DNA of 63,544 bases, the filler included, from Folioceros fuciformis (taxonomy: Eukaryota): NCBI GenBank assembly GCA_049999805.1. It is 7 parts of 7 records of this genome, joined end to end, with 100 filler letters (N's around TTAATTAATTAA, not from the genome) between each part and the next. Parts side by side here need not be neighbours in the genome. Positions count along the whole stretch, not along the records: positions 59,263 to 63,544 come from JBNGIO010005461.1; 6 more parts are not named here. One strand, 5' to 3'. The position numbers and the translations under genes were made by a program. Under the pieces are notes generated by a model. That model did not search any database. It had not been told where the DNA came from and saw nothing but the letters and a program-made list of their open reading frames with translations. This document shows positions 59,496-63,544 of the stretch, in pieces (position 1 is the first letter of the stretch; each line of letters starts with the position of its first letter).

Positions 59496-62400
59496 TGTTA
59501 GAAATCAAGCTCTAACTGAATTATTATTAAGAGCATACAACACTTAGGATAGTGTAGATTATCCCATATTGAACTCGTAGTTATCTATCACCTAAGTGTT
59601 ATCAGGATATACTAGGATATTGCATACTAGGATATTGCACCCTCGAGACTAAGGCTTACCTTATCGAGGGTTGCCCCGCCTGAAGGCTATATATGTAGCA
59701 TCCTGTGCACCATAAAAAAGGAACAGTGGAGTCCTTCTAAGCCTGTGGTGTTATTTCAACATGGTATCAGAGCCAGAGAGAGAGTGCCGGTGCCACCGGT
59801 GGCTATGGTGGGGGCTCGAGGCTATGGCCATGAGCGTGAAGGTGGCTGGCAACGCAANNNNNNNNNNGGATCAGACAATATCTCTCAGGTCGCGGCGTAG
59901 GAAGCCGGAACAGGCGCGAGAGTGTTGGTGCGTAAAGAAGCCTGAATCATGGCTAATGTGCAGGGATCAGACAATATCTCTTAGGTCGCGGCGTAGGAAG
60001 CCGGAACAGGCGCTACAGGCACAAGAGCGCGTGAGAGGCGCGAGAGTGTTGGTGCGTAAAGAAGCCTGAATCATGGCTAATGTGCAAGGATCAGACAATA
60101 TCTCTCAGGTCGTGGGAGAGAAGTTGGATAACAAGAATTTTGCTTTGTGGAAGTTCAGGATGAAGAACTTCTTGGTAGGTAGAGGCTGTTGGGACCTCTA
60201 CACAGGTGATGAGAGTGAACCAAAGATGGATCGTACTCCATCATAGAAGCAAAAGAGCAAAAGACTGCTCACAAGCATTAGACTGAGAGAGCATGTAAAG
60301 TGTTACACAGGCTCTCCTTAAGCATTTCAGATGCTATGGTCATATGGTCATACAGATCACGGGATGTGAGTCTCCGAAGGATGCATGGGACATACTCATG
60401 AGGAACTATGGAAATGCCACACATGCTAGGAAAATCCAGTTGAAGCAGCAGTTCAACAACTTGTCATGAGGTAGCAGATCCATACTCGTATATACAACAG
60501 AGGTGAAGACCGTAGCTGATCAGCTTGCTACAATCGGNNNNNNNNNNGACGGAAGATGACATGGTTGCAGTTACTCTGAACGGACTTGGCAAGGAGTACA
60601 AGTCCTTTGACACATCAATCTCTGTGAGACTTGGGATGAATTGGTTGCTTTGCTGCTGCATGAGGAAGTTAAGCTTGGTCTGAACACAGGTTCAGGTATA
60701 TCTCAAGGGAGAGACACTGTTTTGTTTTCTAACCAGCGTGGGAGAGGCCACAGAGGTCGTGAGGACGAGGAAATGCGCAAGGCCAGAGAGAATCTGGAAG
60801 TTTTAGAGGCGCAGGTAGAGCCACAAGAGGAAGAGATGGTTCTTTTCAATCTCATGACCATTCCAATAGAGACAAGGAGTGTTACTTACTGTGGTAAGGT
60901 TGGTCATATTGCTAAGGACTGCTATAAGCAGCAAGCAGACATGAGAGGAAAAGGAAGGCAGCATGGGAACTATGCCTCCTCTAGTAATGCTGGAAATGAC
61001 CAGGATAGGTTGTTCGCCATGCAACATCTCTCTGAACAGGATGAGCAGAATGATGAGAGATGGTACATTGATTCAGGAGCATCAAACCACATGACTATGC
61101 ATGGCGAGTGGTTTAACAAAGATGGATGCAGGTCCACATGGTCATGTGTGTATAGGAGATGACACACAACATGACATAAAGCACAAAGGAATTGTTCCTC
61201 TTAGGATGCCGAATGGTCAGCAGAAGTTCTCTTAGGATGCCGAATGGTCAGCAGAAGTTCTCTTAGGATGCCGAATGGTCAGCAGAAGAGTCTGCAAGAT
61301 GTGTTGCATGTTCCAACCATTACAAAGAACTTGTTGCTNNNNNNNNNNACAAAGAACTTGTTGCTGCAAGATGTGTTGCATGTTCCAACCATTACGAAGA
61401 ACTTGTTGCTGCAAGATGTGTTGCATGTTCCAACCATTACGAAGAACTTATTGTCTGTTGGACAGATGGCTGAACAAAATCTGCAGGTTTGATCTAATAA
61501 AGATGGATGCTTTATTGAAGAATATGATAGAGGGCGCAAACTGATTGCTAAATGTAGTAGGAATGGACGGATGATCACTCTAGATGCATCCATTCCAGAG
61601 CTAAATGCAGAAATGTTTGCAAATGATGCAGGTGCCATACGTGATNNNNNNNNNNAATGTTTGCAAATGATGCAGGTGCCATACGTGATGTTGAAATATG
61701 GCGTAAGAGGATTGGGCATGTGAACATAGTTAAGCTGAAATCTATGCAACAAAAAAGCGTGGTGGAAGAATTGCCCAAGTTCAAGTACGCTGATCTTGGT
61801 CATGTGTGTTCTGCATGTCAATTTGGAAAACAGTCAAGGTTTCCATTTGTGCGACACGTGCAGAACAGCTCGAGACCTTTGCAATTGATACACTCTAATG
61901 TATGGGGTCCTTCACAGAATGCATTGTTTGGAGGAGCCCACTACTATGTCTCCTTCATTGATNNNNNNNNNNATTCAGCTGCTCGATCTCTTGTCTAAGA
62001 TCAGATGGAGGGGGAGAATATGTCTCAAATGAGTTTGACAAGTATCTTGCAGATCATGGTATACGAAGACAGTTGACTTACAGATACACACCACAGCAGA
62101 ATGGTGTTGCAGAGAGGAAGAACAGGGTAGTCATGGAAACAGCAAGGGCAATGCTGAATGAGAAGTGCTTACCTAATGATTATTGGGCAGAAGCAGTGAT
62201 GACAGTAGTGTATGTATTGAATCGAACTCCTACGGCAGGAATTCATGATGCTACACCAATTGAGAGACTATATGGCTATAAGCCCGATATTAGGCACTTG
62301 AAAGTGTTTGGGTGCGTTGCATATGTGCATGTACCTGATGAGAAGCGTAGGAAGCTGGATCCTAAAGCAGTGAAGAGTGTTTTTCTAGGGTATGCACGAA

Positions 62401-63544
62401 ATAGGAAGGCATATAAGTGTTATGTGTCATCCACACATGAGATCCTGATAAGCAGGGATGTGGTATTTGATGAGTTAGCCTCCTAGTATAGCAACTCAGT
62501 TGCACTACCCTATGAAGAACCCACAGGGGAGAGTACTGTTAAGAGTACTCCAGCAAAGAGTGAGGATGTGAACAATGGTGGATCACCAACGGTAAATCCA
62601 TGGTCTGGAAGACTGCGGAATGGTAAACCGAAGACCACTGACCCGGACATGTCACTGAGGGGGAGAGTAGAAAGCAGCAAAACTGGAAACGAGGGATATG
62701 AATCCTCAAGTAGTGAGAGCATTGACAGTGAGTTTGGCATTCCGTCTGTGGAAACGCCAGGTGCTAAGGAGCAACAATATGCAAGGCAGGTTCAAAATGA
62801 ACCAAGACCAAGGAGATCTGAGAGGGTTAGGAAACCCATTGACAGGTACACCTATACAAGCTACAATGCGCAACATTATGCGTATATGACAAGGGTCACA
62901 GCTTGTAAGGAGCCAACCAAGTTTGCTAAGGCAGTGACAGATGATAAGTGGTGTCAAGCCATGGATGAAGAATACTCAGCATTAGTTGAGAATGGAACGT
63001 GGGATTTGGTTCAATTGCCTGATGGCAAGGTTTCTATTGGTTCTAAGTGGGTGTACAAGCTGAAGTTCAAGTCAGATGGAACGCTAGAGCGTTACAAGGC
63101 CAGGTTGGTTGCAAAGGGATATGCACAACAGTATGGTCTTGATTATGAGGAAACCTTTAGTCCAGTAGCCAAGATGACAACTGTAAGGACAGTCATAGCA
63201 TTAGCAGCAGCTAAAGGATGGAAGTTATGGCAAATGGATGTCAAGAATGCCTTCTTGAATGGTGAGTTGCAGGAGGAAGTGTACATGGAACAGCCTGAAG
63301 GCTATGTTCATCCTAAGTTTCCAACATACGTCTGCAAACTGAAGAAGGCATTGTATGGACTCAAACAAGCACCTAGAGCATGGAATGCTCGTATCACAAG
63401 CTATTTGAAGGAGCGAGGGTTTGTGATTGGAGACGCAAATCACAGTCTGTTTGTAAAACAGACCAAGGTAGGACAAGTGTGTCTTGTCGTTTATGTTGAC
63501 GACCTGATCATCACAAGAGATGATGCAGATGGTATTGCAGATGT
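59496..63544 (+). mobile_element. Degenerate Ty1/copia element (LTR ~59496-59761, PBS 59762-59773, gag-pol from 60073), runs off the window in RT
   Basis: TGGTATCAGAGC; EKLDNKNFALWKFR gag (related to the 21854 element; the LTRs share GATAGTGTAGATTATCCCAT); WYIDSGASNH; PQQNGVAERKN; QMDVKNAFLNG; YVDD. Confidence 0.93.

Noticed and set aside
59858-61700. Short tandem duplications in the last copia (also near 19851, 21227, 27004)
   Set aside because: Most flank N10 or N100 gaps, which is typical of unmerged contig overlaps in scaffolding.

Overview
Eukaryotic, plant-type nuclear DNA, most likely from a seed-free land plant or close streptophyte (inferred from short GT-AG introns, an mTERF9 orthologue and an H1-derived protamine-like gene). 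It is not one locus. Seven contigs are joined by 100-bp N44-TTAATTAATTAA-N44 linkers: 1-5305, 5406-19286, 19387-24284, 24385-30876, 30977-48132, 48233-59162, 59263-63544. Contig 1 is genic, with a 4-exon mTERF9-like gene and an Arg/His-rich H1-derived gene. The rest is nested transposon debris: seven Ty1/copia elements with gag-pol plus further LTR/leader fragments, a Harbinger transposase split by a copia insertion, and a possible DUF7869-type transposase. The most striking element is a degenerate Ty3/gypsy retrotransposon (17947-10922, minus strand). It carries a complete DNMT3-like C5-cytosine methyltransferase domain between protease and RT, in frame with the protease, and a PHD finger at the integrase C-terminus. 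Other notable items are an intron-containing bacterial-type Uma2 nuclease gene and antisense transmembrane/helical ORFs at the 3' ends of two related copia elements. All family calls come from reading motifs by eye; no database search was run.
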